A DNA stretch of 64,000 bases. Source: Acidobacteriota bacterium. GTDB taxonomy: Bacteria > Acidobacteriota > UBA6911. The DNA is taken from assembly GCA_963664705.1 (NCBI GenBank), contig OY761556.1, positions 1,824,001 to 1,888,000 on the forward strand. The letters are read 5' to 3'. Below the pieces are notes generated by a model, which made no database searches, was not told the DNA's origin, and worked only from the letters and a program-made list of their open reading frames with translations. Below are positions 18,451 through 27,613 of this stretch, in pieces; positions within the stretch are counted from its first letter, which is position 1, and each line of letters opens with the position of its first letter. A program made the translations under genes and the position numbers.

Positions 18451-19707
18451 ATGTTGAATGAGACAGGCCGCCAGGCGCGATCCGCTTCTCGTCAGATGGC
18501 GCAGGCGACTACCGCAAAAAAGAACGAGGCTCTGACGAGGCTGGCGGAATTATTGGTGCGGGCAGAGAAGAGAATTTTGGTCGAAAATGCGCGGGATATT
18601 GACGCAGCCCGCAGCGCGGGCATGAACGAAGCGCTTGTGGACCGATTAACTCTGAACGGCAAAAGACTGGAAGGCCTGGCTTCCGACCTCCGTCGTGTGG
18701 GGGAGCTTGCAGATCCCATCGGTGAGAAATTTGACGAGGTCGTGCTTCCCAACGGCCTGAAGCTTTGGAAACAGCGTGTTCCTCTTGGAGTCGTGGGTGT
18801 GGTTTATGAGTCGCGACCCAACGTGACCATTGATGTAGCGTGTCTTGCCATAAAAACGGGAAATGCAGCTGTTTTACGCGGCGGGAAGGAATCGCTGCAT
18901 TCTAATCGCATTCTCGCGGAAATGGCCCGCCAGGCACTGGGCGAAAGTGGATTGCCCTCGGAAGCCATACAGTTTATCGATAATCCCGATCGCGCCCTTG
19001 TGCTCGAGCTTCTGCATCTGCACGAATATGTGGACATCATTATTCCCCGCGGTGGTGCTGATTTGCATCGTTTCTGCCGCGAAAACAGTCAGATCCCGGT
19101 CATCACGGGTGGAATCGGGATCTGCCACATTTTTGTTGATGAATCGGCCGATCTGGAAAAAGCGCTTCCCGTGATCCACAATGCCAAAACGCAGCGCCCT
19201 TCAGTATGCAATGCTTTGGACACGCTGCTGGTTCACCGCAATATTGCCGATGCCTTTCTGCCGCGAATTGTCGAATTTCTCGAGCCGGCGGGTGTGACCT
19301 TCCGTGCGGACGAGACAGCGATGCAATACCTGCGAAAGGGAGAGCGGAAATCGGTTCAGGCAGCCGCTGCCGCCGATTTCGATACTGAATGGATGGCACT
19401 TATTCTTGGCCTTAAGGTGGTAAACGGGTTGGACGAAGCCATTGCTCACACAAACGCGCACAGCATGGGGCACTCGGATTCGATCTTGACGGAAAATCCG
19501 GAACACGCGGCGCGCTGGCTCAACGAGGTAGATTCCGCAGCCGTCTATGTCAATGCCTCAACCCGATTCACGGATGGCGGACAGTTCGGTCTTGGGGCGG
19601 AAGTGGCTATCTCAACTCAGCGCCTTCACGCGAGAGGACCAATGGGGCTGCGGGAATTGACTACCTACAAATGGGCTGCCAAAGGGGAGTACCACGTTAG
19701 AGTGTAA
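18451..19707 (+). CDS. proA: Gamma-glutamyl phosphate reductase
   Basis: YESRPNVT, IPRGG, VCNALDT, NASTRFTDGGQFG, HARGPMG. Confidence 0.97.
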   Translation: MLNETGRQARSASRQMAQATTAKKNEALTRLAELLVRAEKRILVENARDIDAARSAGMNEALVDRLTLNGKRLEGLASDLRRVGELADPIGEKFDEVVLPNGLKLWKQRVPLGVVGVVYESRPNVTIDVACLAIKTGNAAVLRGGKESLHSNRILAEMARQALGESGLPSEAIQFIDNPDRALVLELLHLHEYVDIIIPRGGADLHRFCRENSQIPVITGGIGICHIFVDESADLEKALPVIHNAKTQRPSVCNALDTLLVHRNIADAFLPRIVEFLEPAGVTFRADETAMQYLRKGERKSVQAAAAADFDTEWMALILGLKVVNGLDEAIAHTNAHSMGHSDSILTENPEHAARWLNEVDSAAVYVNASTRFTDGGQFGLGAEVAISTQRLHARGPMGLRELTTYKWAAKGEYHVRV

Positions 19708-19789
19708 TCTCTGGATTGCGAGACCAAGATCAACAATGCACCAGGGAGTTCATCCTGGCTTTCGATTTGGTTTTCATGGGTGACTGAAT

Positions 19790-21217
19790 ATGGCTTTTCA
19801 AAGTTTGAGGGATTTCCTGGAAGCATTGCAGCGAAACGGCCAGCTGGTAACGGTGAATGACACCGTGTGGCCGGAACCTGATATTCGAACCTATCTGCGT
19901 GCCGCAGCGGATCTGGGAAGTGAGAGCCCCGCAGTCGTTTTCGACAACATTCGGGGATATCGCGGGCTGCGGATTGCGGGCAATGTTCACGGATCCTGGG
20001 TTAACCATGCGATTCTGCTGGGTATGCACCGGGATGCGACCATCCGTGAACAGTTTTTTCAGGTGGAAAAGCTTTGGAACAATCTGGATAAGGGAGAGCT
20101 GCAGTGGGTAAACAATCCACCCTGCCAGGAAGTCGTTCATGACAAAGATATCAACCTTTATGAACTGATGCCCCTTTTTCGAATCAATCAGAACGACGGA
20201 GGATGTTATTTCAGCAAAGCCTGTGTCGTGTCTCAGGATCCGGATGATCCCGACAGTCTCGAAAAGGAAAATGTGGGCATTTACCGCGTGATGGTTCAGG
20301 GTCCGGATACTCTTGGGATGCAGGGCTTGCCCTACCACGACATTGCCCGGCACCTGAAAACGGCTGAGGAACAGGATATGCCTCTTCCGGTGGCCATTTG
20401 CATCGGAACTCCGCCATTATTGACAACAATGGCAGCCACGCCCCTGGCCTATAACCAATCCGAATACAAAGCTACCGCGGCCATGATGGGCGAGCCGCTG
20501 CAAATGACGAAAGCCCTGGACAGTAATCTGAATATCGCGGCGCATTCGGAATATGTGATCGAAGGGGAAGTGATTCCCCGGCAGCGTTTCTGCGAAGGAC
20601 CGTTTGGAGAGTTTCCTGGCAGTTATTCGGGCGTGCGAAAACAGGTTCGGATCAAGATAAACAAGGTAACGCATCGTCGCAACCCGATCCATGAAACGTT
20701 GTTTATCGGGAAACCGTGGACCGAACACGACACAATGATCGGGTTGTGGACATCCGTCCCTATCTACAAACAGATAAAGACCGACTTTCCCGAGATTCAG
20801 TGTGTCAACGCAACCTACCAGCACGGGCTTACCACCATTATCTCTTCCGATATCCGGTTGGGAGGCTTCGGGAAGACTCTTGCCTTCAGGGTGGCTTCGA
20901 CTCCGCACGGCACTTCATATTGCAAAAACATCATCGTTGTCGATGGGGATATTGATCCCTTCAATCTTGAAAAGGTCATGTGGGCGCTGTCCACAAGGGT
21001 GCGGGCAGACAAGGATGTTACGATTGTTCAGAACACGCCGGGCATGCCTCTCGATCCATGCTCGGAACCGGCCGGCATGGGATGCAAACTGATAATTGAT
21101 GCCACAACTCCCGTGACTCCGGATACCATGCGCGAAATAACCATGATCGCGGATCCTCCGGGGAGTGCCCAGGCTTCTGAAAAACTGCGGCAAGCATGGA
21201 AACCGGCTGGCGAATAA
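19790..21217 (+). CDS. UbiD-family non-oxidative hydroxyarylic acid decarboxylase, subunit C (BsdC/VdcC-like)
   Basis: NVGIYR, EGPFGEFPGSYSG, PWTE, VMWALSTR, IIDAT; followed by subunit D. Confidence 0.9.
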   Translation: MAFQSLRDFLEALQRNGQLVTVNDTVWPEPDIRTYLRAAADLGSESPAVVFDNIRGYRGLRIAGNVHGSWVNHAILLGMHRDATIREQFFQVEKLWNNLDKGELQWVNNPPCQEVVHDKDINLYELMPLFRINQNDGGCYFSKACVVSQDPDDPDSLEKENVGIYRVMVQGPDTLGMQGLPYHDIARHLKTAEEQDMPLPVAICIGTPPLLTTMAATPLAYNQSEYKATAAMMGEPLQMTKALDSNLNIAAHSEYVIEGEVIPRQRFCEGPFGEFPGSYSGVRKQVRIKINKVTHRRNPIHETLFIGKPWTEHDTMIGLWTSVPIYKQIKTDFPEIQCVNATYQHGLTTIISSDIRLGGFGKTLAFRVASTPHGTSYCKNIIVVDGDIDPFNLEKVMWALSTRVRADKDVTIVQNTPGMPLDPCSEPAGMGCKLIIDATTPVTPDTMREITMIADPPGSAQASEKLRQAWKPAGE

Positions 21218-21232
21218 AGGAGAAATTGAATT

Positions 21233-21460
21233 ATGAAGTGCCTGCGTTGTCTAAAAGATACGGCAGCGAAAATCGCCGAAGCACCCGATGGCAGTAACGC
21301 CTGGGAAATGTATTATTGCGAACGATGCAATTACAGTTGGCGCTCGTCGGAAGAGCCGGAAATTACGGTGCTGGAAAAGAGAGATCCGGAATTTCAGCTC
21401 GGCAGTCTCGATCTTGATTCGCTGCAAATGCTGAATCCTATTCCTCCGCTAAGAAAATAA
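21233..21460 (+). CDS. Hydroxyarylic acid decarboxylase subunit D (BsdD/VdcD-like)
   Basis: CLRC ... WEMYYCERCNYSWRS ... PIPPL; AGGAG RBS. Confidence 0.85.
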   Translation: MKCLRCLKDTAAKIAEAPDGSNAWEMYYCERCNYSWRSSEEPEITVLEKRDPEFQLGSLDLDSLQMLNPIPPLRK

Positions 21461-21516
21461 CGTTCCGGGACTGATAGCGGGATCAAAGATTCATCCTGTG
21501 GGAGAAAGGATCATCG

Positions 21517-21849
21517 ATGGATCATACTCTGGTTACAACAAATATACAGTTGGAAGGGTATAAAGTTGTAAAACACCTGGGCGTTGTTCGAGGAATCATT
21601 GTGCGCTCGAGGTCGATTTTCGGAAATATCGGGGCTGGGCTTCAAACCCTGGTGGGTGGAAACATAACTCTGTACACAGATTTGTGTGAGAGAACTCGCC
21701 GGGATGCGTACGAACTCATGATCTACCATGCAGAGCAGGTGGGAGCGAACGCAATCCTTTCCTTCCGGTATGACGCGACAGAGATCGCCTCCGGCGTTAC
21801 CGAAGTGTTGGCTTATGGCGCAGCAGTAGTGGTGGAAAAAGCCCAATGA
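21517..21849 (+). CDS. YbjQ/UPF0145 family protein
   Basis: LGVVRG..VRSR..GGNI..Y..GANAI..EVLAYG.AV. Confidence 0.9.
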   Translation: MDHTLVTTNIQLEGYKVVKHLGVVRGIIVRSRSIFGNIGAGLQTLVGGNITLYTDLCERTRRDAYELMIYHAEQVGANAILSFRYDATEIASGVTEVLAYGAAVVVEKAQ

Positions 21850-21864
21850 TAGCGACTGTGATCG

Positions 21865-22500
21865 TTAACGCTTCATGAACTGTTCGCGCTCGGTCTCCAG
21901 AATAGTGACGTGATCTTCCTCTTCGGCCGCCAGTTCTCGGTAGAGTTCTTTTTGAGGGCCAGGAGGCAGCTCATTAGCATGGGTCAGAAATCTGTTTCGG
22001 GTCCTGCGCTCCATCGCTATGGCTTTATTGTAAACCTGCAGGATATGCCCCTCGTTGTTTTTAAAGTCGATCCCGTGAAAGATAAATCCGTATACGATTT
22101 TTTCATCGTCTTCCGGCATTTCACGCAGTTTCGGATCCAGGTGAAGATGATATTTCTCCTCGAGTTCTCTCAGATGATCCTCTTCTTTATGGAAGAGTTC
22201 CTCGAGAACCGCATGGAGGACCTGGTCTTTGGTTTTCTGTGAGGCAATGCGATAGAAGTGATACATGTCCAACTCGAATTGTACCGCTTCCTGGACAATC
22301 GCCACATCATCGGCGCTAACCCCGGTATAGCCCTCGATCAATTCGTTTTCGCCACCGCACAGGAAACACCGTCCATACGGGATAACAAAGCCGGTCGAGA
22401 GTTTCCCGCATGACTTGCATTTCCACGTATGCTTGATTTCCGCACAGCAGACCGTATCATTTTCGACAACTTGGTGGCACTTGGGGCAGGTCGATGGCAT
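21865..22500 (-). CDS. Ferritin/rubrerythrin-like protein with a Cys-rich N-terminal domain
   Basis: CPKC, CC, CKSC, CFLC followed by E..Y / EEDH diiron motifs twice. Confidence 0.85.
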   Translation of the reverse strand: MPSTCPKCHQVVENDTVCCAEIKHTWKCKSCGKLSTGFVIPYGRCFLCGGENELIEGYTGVSADDVAIVQEAVQFELDMYHFYRIASQKTKDQVLHAVLEELFHKEEDHLRELEEKYHLHLDPKLREMPEDDEKIVYGFIFHGIDFKNNEGHILQVYNKAIAMERRTRNRFLTHANELPPGPQKELYRELAAEEEDHVTILETEREQFMKR

Positions 22501-22708
22501 ATACCGCTCCTCTAGTTATTGCTATATTTTCTGCTCTTCACCAACTCCTGTTTCCATACAAATGTATCATAGGATTCCAAATGTCTCCATGCCGTTCCCT
22601 ATGGAAGAAAAAGTGAATTCGCGTACGGGATATATTCGAATCCCGGTTTTCGGAATGCCCCGTTTCAGTTAGAATGAGACTACAAACCTTTTTGAATTGG
22701 GAAGATAG

Positions 22709-23884
22709 ATGATCAAAGAAAAGATAAGGCAGGCTGTCGAGATTCTCCACGAAAAGAACATAGATATGTGGCTGACTTTCGTTCGGGAAAGTGCAACCAT
22801 GCCGGACCCCTCGATCGAAATGGTCATCGGAAATCACTGCACGTGGCAGACCGCCTGGATTATTACCCAAAGCGGCGAAAGCATTGCCATCGCAGGAAGC
22901 CTCGACGTCGCCAATATCAAAAAGGCCGGTCATTTCCAAACTGTCATTCCATACGTGGAAGGGATAGGGAAGGATCTTCTGCGGGAGATTAAGCGTATCA
23001 GGCCCAACAAGATCGCGATCAATTACTCGAAGGACTCGGTCATGTCGGATGGGCTTACCCACGGCATGTATCTGCAATTGATGGAATACCTGAAGGGCAC
23101 GCCTTATGAAAAAAGGCTGGTTTCATCGCAGGAAATCTATTCCGCATTGCGAGGAAGAAAGACGCCGGAGGAAATTCGACGCATCAAGAAGGCAATTCAG
23201 CTGACGCTGTCGATCTATGACAAGGTTACGGGCTATTTGGCGCCGGGCCAAACCGAGAAGGAGGTCGCAGACTTCATTTTGGCTCAGGTCGCGGATTTGG
23301 GTGTAAAACTTGCGTGGGAACCGGATCATTGCCCAGCTGTTTTTACCGGACCCAAACATGCGGGAGCGCATATTGGTCCCTCAAAACGCAAAATAGAGAG
23401 AGGGCATATCCTGAATATAGATTTTGGCGTGAAGGTCGACGGCTACTGTTCGGATCTTCAGCGTACGTGGTACATCCTCCGGAAGGGAGAACGCAAGGCT
23501 CCGACGGAAGTGCAGCGCGGATTCAACGTCATTCGTGATTCCATTCGGCTGGCTGCGGATTGCCTGAAACCCGGGTCTGTATCCTGGAAGGTGGATGATG
23601 CAGCCCGCTCCTATATTATGGCAAACGGATATCCGGAGTTTCCGCATGCGCTGGGCCATCAGGTCGGTAGAGCCGCGCACGATGGAGGCGTTGGCCTGAT
23701 GCCGAAATGGGAACGATACGGGATGCTGCCACAGGGAAAAATTGAGGCTGGACAAGTATTTACCATTGAGCCTCGCCTGCCGGTGGAAGGATATGGAATT
23801 GCCACTATCGAGGAAATCGTCTGGGTGACGGAAAGCGTTACCAGATTTTTGTCCAAACCGCAGACAGCGCTTTATATCGTGTAA
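22709..23884 (+). CDS. Xaa-Pro aminopeptidase (M24 family)
   Basis: IDFG, YCSDLQRT, HALGHQVG..H, TIEP, IEE. Confidence 0.93.
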   Translation: MIKEKIRQAVEILHEKNIDMWLTFVRESATMPDPSIEMVIGNHCTWQTAWIITQSGESIAIAGSLDVANIKKAGHFQTVIPYVEGIGKDLLREIKRIRPNKIAINYSKDSVMSDGLTHGMYLQLMEYLKGTPYEKRLVSSQEIYSALRGRKTPEEIRRIKKAIQLTLSIYDKVTGYLAPGQTEKEVADFILAQVADLGVKLAWEPDHCPAVFTGPKHAGAHIGPSKRKIERGHILNIDFGVKVDGYCSDLQRTWYILRKGERKAPTEVQRGFNVIRDSIRLAADCLKPGSVSWKVDDAARSYIMANGYPEFPHALGHQVGRAAHDGGVGLMPKWERYGMLPQGKIEAGQVFTIEPRLPVEGYGIATIEEIVWVTESVTRFLSKPQTALYIV

Positions 23885-24180
23885 CGCCGCCGAAAGCAAA
23901 GATACTGCCTTGACGAGAGGATACTTTCCCTTCCAGCGATTGCAAACACTGGACAGAGATAGGTATTCCACACTGCCGCAACGACGGGTTTGCCTCAAGG
24001 CAATAGGCTGCCGCGGATACTTCCCGAATCGACAATTTGTGCGGGAATTCTCCTAAACGAAGAGTCTTCAACAAAAAAAGGACAAAGTATTTGGTTGCGT
24101 TTGCCGATACTGGTGACTGTAGAGCAGGTGCGCAATATAACCAGAGGATAACAACCTAGACAGGCCAACAAACCAATATC

Positions 24181-25671
24181 ATGCATCAGGAAAACCTCGA
24201 GGGGCCAAGAATCGTTGTTGCGAACGACGTCATCCCGGAGAAACTCCTGCAATTACTGCAGGCATGCCGAACCCTCCCCAGCGTTCCGGGAGTGGTTATG
24301 GAAGTGCTGGATCTATCCCAGGATCCCGATATCGGCACGGCCAAAATCGCAAAGGTGATTGCGAGGGATCCGGCTCTCGTTGCCAAAATCCTGAAAGTGG
24401 CAAACTCCGCGTGGTATGGGGTCCGGCGTGAGGTCACAACGCTGAACCAGGCCGTGAATTTGCTGGGCATTAATGGAACAATGAGTCTTGCGCTCAGCTT
24501 TTCGCTGGTTCGGGGGTTGCAGAAGGACAATACCTCCAGTTTTGATCACCAGGCGTATTGGAGACGCTCTGTGATATCAGCGACAGCCGCCCTCTCGGTC
24601 GGGAAGTTCATGAAGGCATACAATAATGACGAGATATTTCTCGCCAGCCTCTTGCAGGATATTGGAATGCTGGTTCTGAACGAGGCGGTCAAGGGCTACG
24701 GCAAGACTGTTGCGGACGCCAACAAAGACCACAATCGGCTTATAGAGATTGAGCGCGGGGAGTTCGGAACAGATCATGCCATCGTGGGCCGATGGTTTCT
24801 GGAAAAGTGGGGATTGCCGGAGGTCCTGGTATCGTCTGTATATACAAGCCATAGAACGGAAGGGATCGAGGACCAGCTGTCCAAAGCAGTGGCAATTGGC
24901 GGAAGAATTGCCGAGATCTGGTCTAACCCAATGACCGCTGCCGCTGCCGCCTCTACATCGGACGCGGTTCGCAATATGCTGGGAGCACCACCGGAACAGT
25001 TCGATGTCATTCTCTCAAAAACGGCTGCCGATCTGCCGGAAGTCACCGGCAATCTCGACATTCCCGTGGGAGATGAGACCTTCATCAGTGGGCTATTGGA
25101 CCAGGCTCGGGAAGCTCTGGCGGAACTGAACATCAGAGCAATGCAGGAAGCCAGGCACTTCGCTATCCAAGCACAGCGCGACGCCCTGACATCTCTCTAC
25201 AACCGTACGCAATTGAACAATGTACTTGGCGTTCAGTTCGATCTGAGCCGCAAGATGTCTCAACCGCTAACCATCATCTTCATCGATATAGACAAGTTCA
25301 AAAGCATCAATGACAGCTATGGGCATCATGCCGGAGATTCCGTCCTGATTTCCGTCGCAGGCAAAATCCAGGGCGCGACCCGGGATTCTGATACGCTTGT
25401 GCGCTTTGGCGGAGATGAGTTTGTCGTGTTGTTGAGCAATACCGGCGAGGAAATTGCCGCGAAAATCGCGGAAAGAATCCGGTCGTCCGTTGGCGATCAG
25501 CCTCACAGCATCGGGGAAGGTCATTACATCAACGTGACGGTGTCGGTAGGCTGGGCGACGCTTTCGCCTCAATCGACAATCCTCTCGGCAAAGGAACTGC
25601 TGGAAGCAGCGGACCGCAGCCTATATGTTGCGAAAACCAACGGCCGCAATCAGGTTGCCAAAGCAGGATAA
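24181..25671 (+). CDS. HDOD-GGDEF diguanylate cyclase
   Basis: DPAL..ANS (HDOD); DALT, DIDKFK..ND..GH..GD, RDSD I-site, RFGGDEF. Confidence 0.94.
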   Translation: MHQENLEGPRIVVANDVIPEKLLQLLQACRTLPSVPGVVMEVLDLSQDPDIGTAKIAKVIARDPALVAKILKVANSAWYGVRREVTTLNQAVNLLGINGTMSLALSFSLVRGLQKDNTSSFDHQAYWRRSVISATAALSVGKFMKAYNNDEIFLASLLQDIGMLVLNEAVKGYGKTVADANKDHNRLIEIERGEFGTDHAIVGRWFLEKWGLPEVLVSSVYTSHRTEGIEDQLSKAVAIGGRIAEIWSNPMTAAAAASTSDAVRNMLGAPPEQFDVILSKTAADLPEVTGNLDIPVGDETFISGLLDQAREALAELNIRAMQEARHFAIQAQRDALTSLYNRTQLNNVLGVQFDLSRKMSQPLTIIFIDIDKFKSINDSYGHHAGDSVLISVAGKIQGATRDSDTLVRFGGDEFVVLLSNTGEEIAAKIAERIRSSVGDQPHSIGEGHYINVTVSVGWATLSPQSTILSAKELLEAADRSLYVAKTNGRNQVAKAG

Positions 25672-25895
25672 CCGAAAAGCAGTCTGACCACCACTCAAGC
25701 AGGAATAGCCAAATTACTCCCGGGCAGTTTTCCGCCCGAATGCGGTAAATCCCACCCTGTATTTTGTCGTATGTCAAAAGCGCCAGTAGTGCGACAATCA
25801 ACCCCCCAGAAGCAATTCCAAATAATCAGGTAGCGAAAAGGGCGGCAGGCCCTATTCACGTCGATGACTACCGTTGTGAATGAGGAGGTAGGAAT

Positions 25896-27581
25896 TTGAA
25901 TAATCGCCAAACTGGAAGGCTCCGGGCAATCAGGTTCTTGCCGTGGCTACTTTGCTTGTGCGCGTATCCCGGCTTTGGCCAGGATCAAAAAGCAGAAAGG
26001 GCGAACGAGCAGAAAAGCCAAACAACTTTTCGTGTGCCGGTCAATGTAGTGGTTGTTAGTGCCACGGTCACCGACAAGACAGGAAATCCTGTAACGGATT
26101 TGAAGGCGGATGACTTCAGAGTGTATGACAATGGAAAGCCGCAGGCCATTCAAACTTTCGCCATGGAATCGTATGGTCCTGTGGAGGGAGAAAAGATGCC
26201 GGACTCCGGGACCTCCTCTGCAAAACCGGCAAAGACAGCCAACGCAACGCGTCCCCGCATGATTTCCATCATCATTGACGATCTGACCATGGAATCCTCG
26301 TCAGATCTGATGCGGATGACGCAATCGGTGACCGATTTTCTGAAGAAGGAAACCGGGCCGATGGATCTTGTAGCCGTTTTGTCCGGGTCAGGCAATGTTC
26401 AGTTCCCCTTCTCTGATGACCCTCAACAGCTTTTTGAGGGTGTTACCGCGGCTTTAAGAAAACTCAATTACACGACGACCTTTAGATCAAGTTGTCCGAA
26501 GCTCACCGACATTACGGCCTGGAGAATTGCGGATGGAATGCACAACTACCAAGTCAATTTCACGGCACTGATTGAGGAAACGATAAATTGCCTTGGCCTG
26601 GATGAAAACAAGCCGGAGTCCAAACAAACCGCAGAAAGTTTCCTGCGCGCCTCCGCTTCGCAACAGGCGCAGATTGATCTCTTCCGGACCCGAAGTCTGT
26701 TACAGACAATCCGACAGCATATTCGTGCGCTGCGACATTTTGAGGGTGCGAAGAAGATCGTCCTTTTTTCTGATGGATTCCTGACGGAAGCCGGAAGCTC
26801 ATCCGCATATCAGCTGCAGGAGATCATCGATCTTGCATTGCGTTCCGGCATTGTTTTGAACAGCATCAATATGCGCGGACTGACTTACGAAGCGCAGGAC
26901 AATGACGACATGCTCGCGCAGGAAAGCCCTCTGAACCAGATTGCCTATGAGACCGGAGGGACGTTTTTTCATAACGATAACAACTTTTATAAGGGTTTGA
27001 AGGAAGTTGTGAAGAGGCAGTCCTATCATTACATCCTTGGCTATGGCATCGCCGCGCCAAAAGCGGATGGCAATTACCATCACATAAAGCTCGAGGTAAA
27101 TCGGCCGGGCATCCAGGTTTCCTATCGAAAAGGGTATTACACACAAAAAGAAGTCCTGAACTATGAGAACAGGAAAAAGGATGACATTCTTGAGGCTTTG
27201 AGTGGCCCGGGAAACATGAACGAAATCCCAATGACTCTCGCATACAACTATTTCCTCGACGATGATTCGAGCTACGCCGTTTCATTCACGACAAATGCCA
27301 ATATTCGTGGACTTCAATTTCCGGTGGAAGAGTCAAGGCGCAGAAATCTGATCAGTTTCGTTTGGGCTGTATTCGATGAAAATGGCAACTATATTCAGGG
27401 GATGGAGCGTTCCATTGATTTCCGGCTGTTGGAAAGCAGCTACGGCAATGTACGAGAGCAGGGACTTTCCAGCCGTATTGAGTTCAAACTGCCGCAGGGG
27501 AGGTATCGAATAAAGGCGGTGGTGCGGGAGAATATTCAAGGCAAGCTTGGATCTATTGCAAAGGGCGTTGAAATTCCATAG
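25896..27581 (+). CDS. Acidobacterial-type VWA domain secreted protein
   Basis: Signal peptide, FRVPVNVVVV..VTD, FSDG, ETGG, YILGY..DG.YH.I, YRKGY. Confidence 0.85.
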   Translation: MNNRQTGRLRAIRFLPWLLCLCAYPGFGQDQKAERANEQKSQTTFRVPVNVVVVSATVTDKTGNPVTDLKADDFRVYDNGKPQAIQTFAMESYGPVEGEKMPDSGTSSAKPAKTANATRPRMISIIIDDLTMESSSDLMRMTQSVTDFLKKETGPMDLVAVLSGSGNVQFPFSDDPQQLFEGVTAALRKLNYTTTFRSSCPKLTDITAWRIADGMHNYQVNFTALIEETINCLGLDENKPESKQTAESFLRASASQQAQIDLFRTRSLLQTIRQHIRALRHFEGAKKIVLFSDGFLTEAGSSSAYQLQEIIDLALRSGIVLNSINMRGLTYEAQDNDDMLAQESPLNQIAYETGGTFFHNDNNFYKGLKEVVKRQSYHYILGYGIAAPKADGNYHHIKLEVNRPGIQVSYRKGYYTQKEVLNYENRKKDDILEALSGPGNMNEIPMTLAYNYFLDDDSSYAVSFTTNANIRGLQFPVEESRRRNLISFVWAVFDENGNYIQGMERSIDFRLLESSYGNVREQGLSSRIEFKLPQGRYRIKAVVRENIQGKLGSIAKGVEIP

Positions 27582-27613
27582 GAATCACCTGTAAGGAGAG
27601 GGGAGAACTGCAT

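Noticed and set aside
23940-24000. GGCAAACCC on the minus strand near the GGDEF gene, resembling a c-di-GMP-I riboswitch start
   Set aside because: No GAAA tetraloop, no P2 stem, and wrong orientation.
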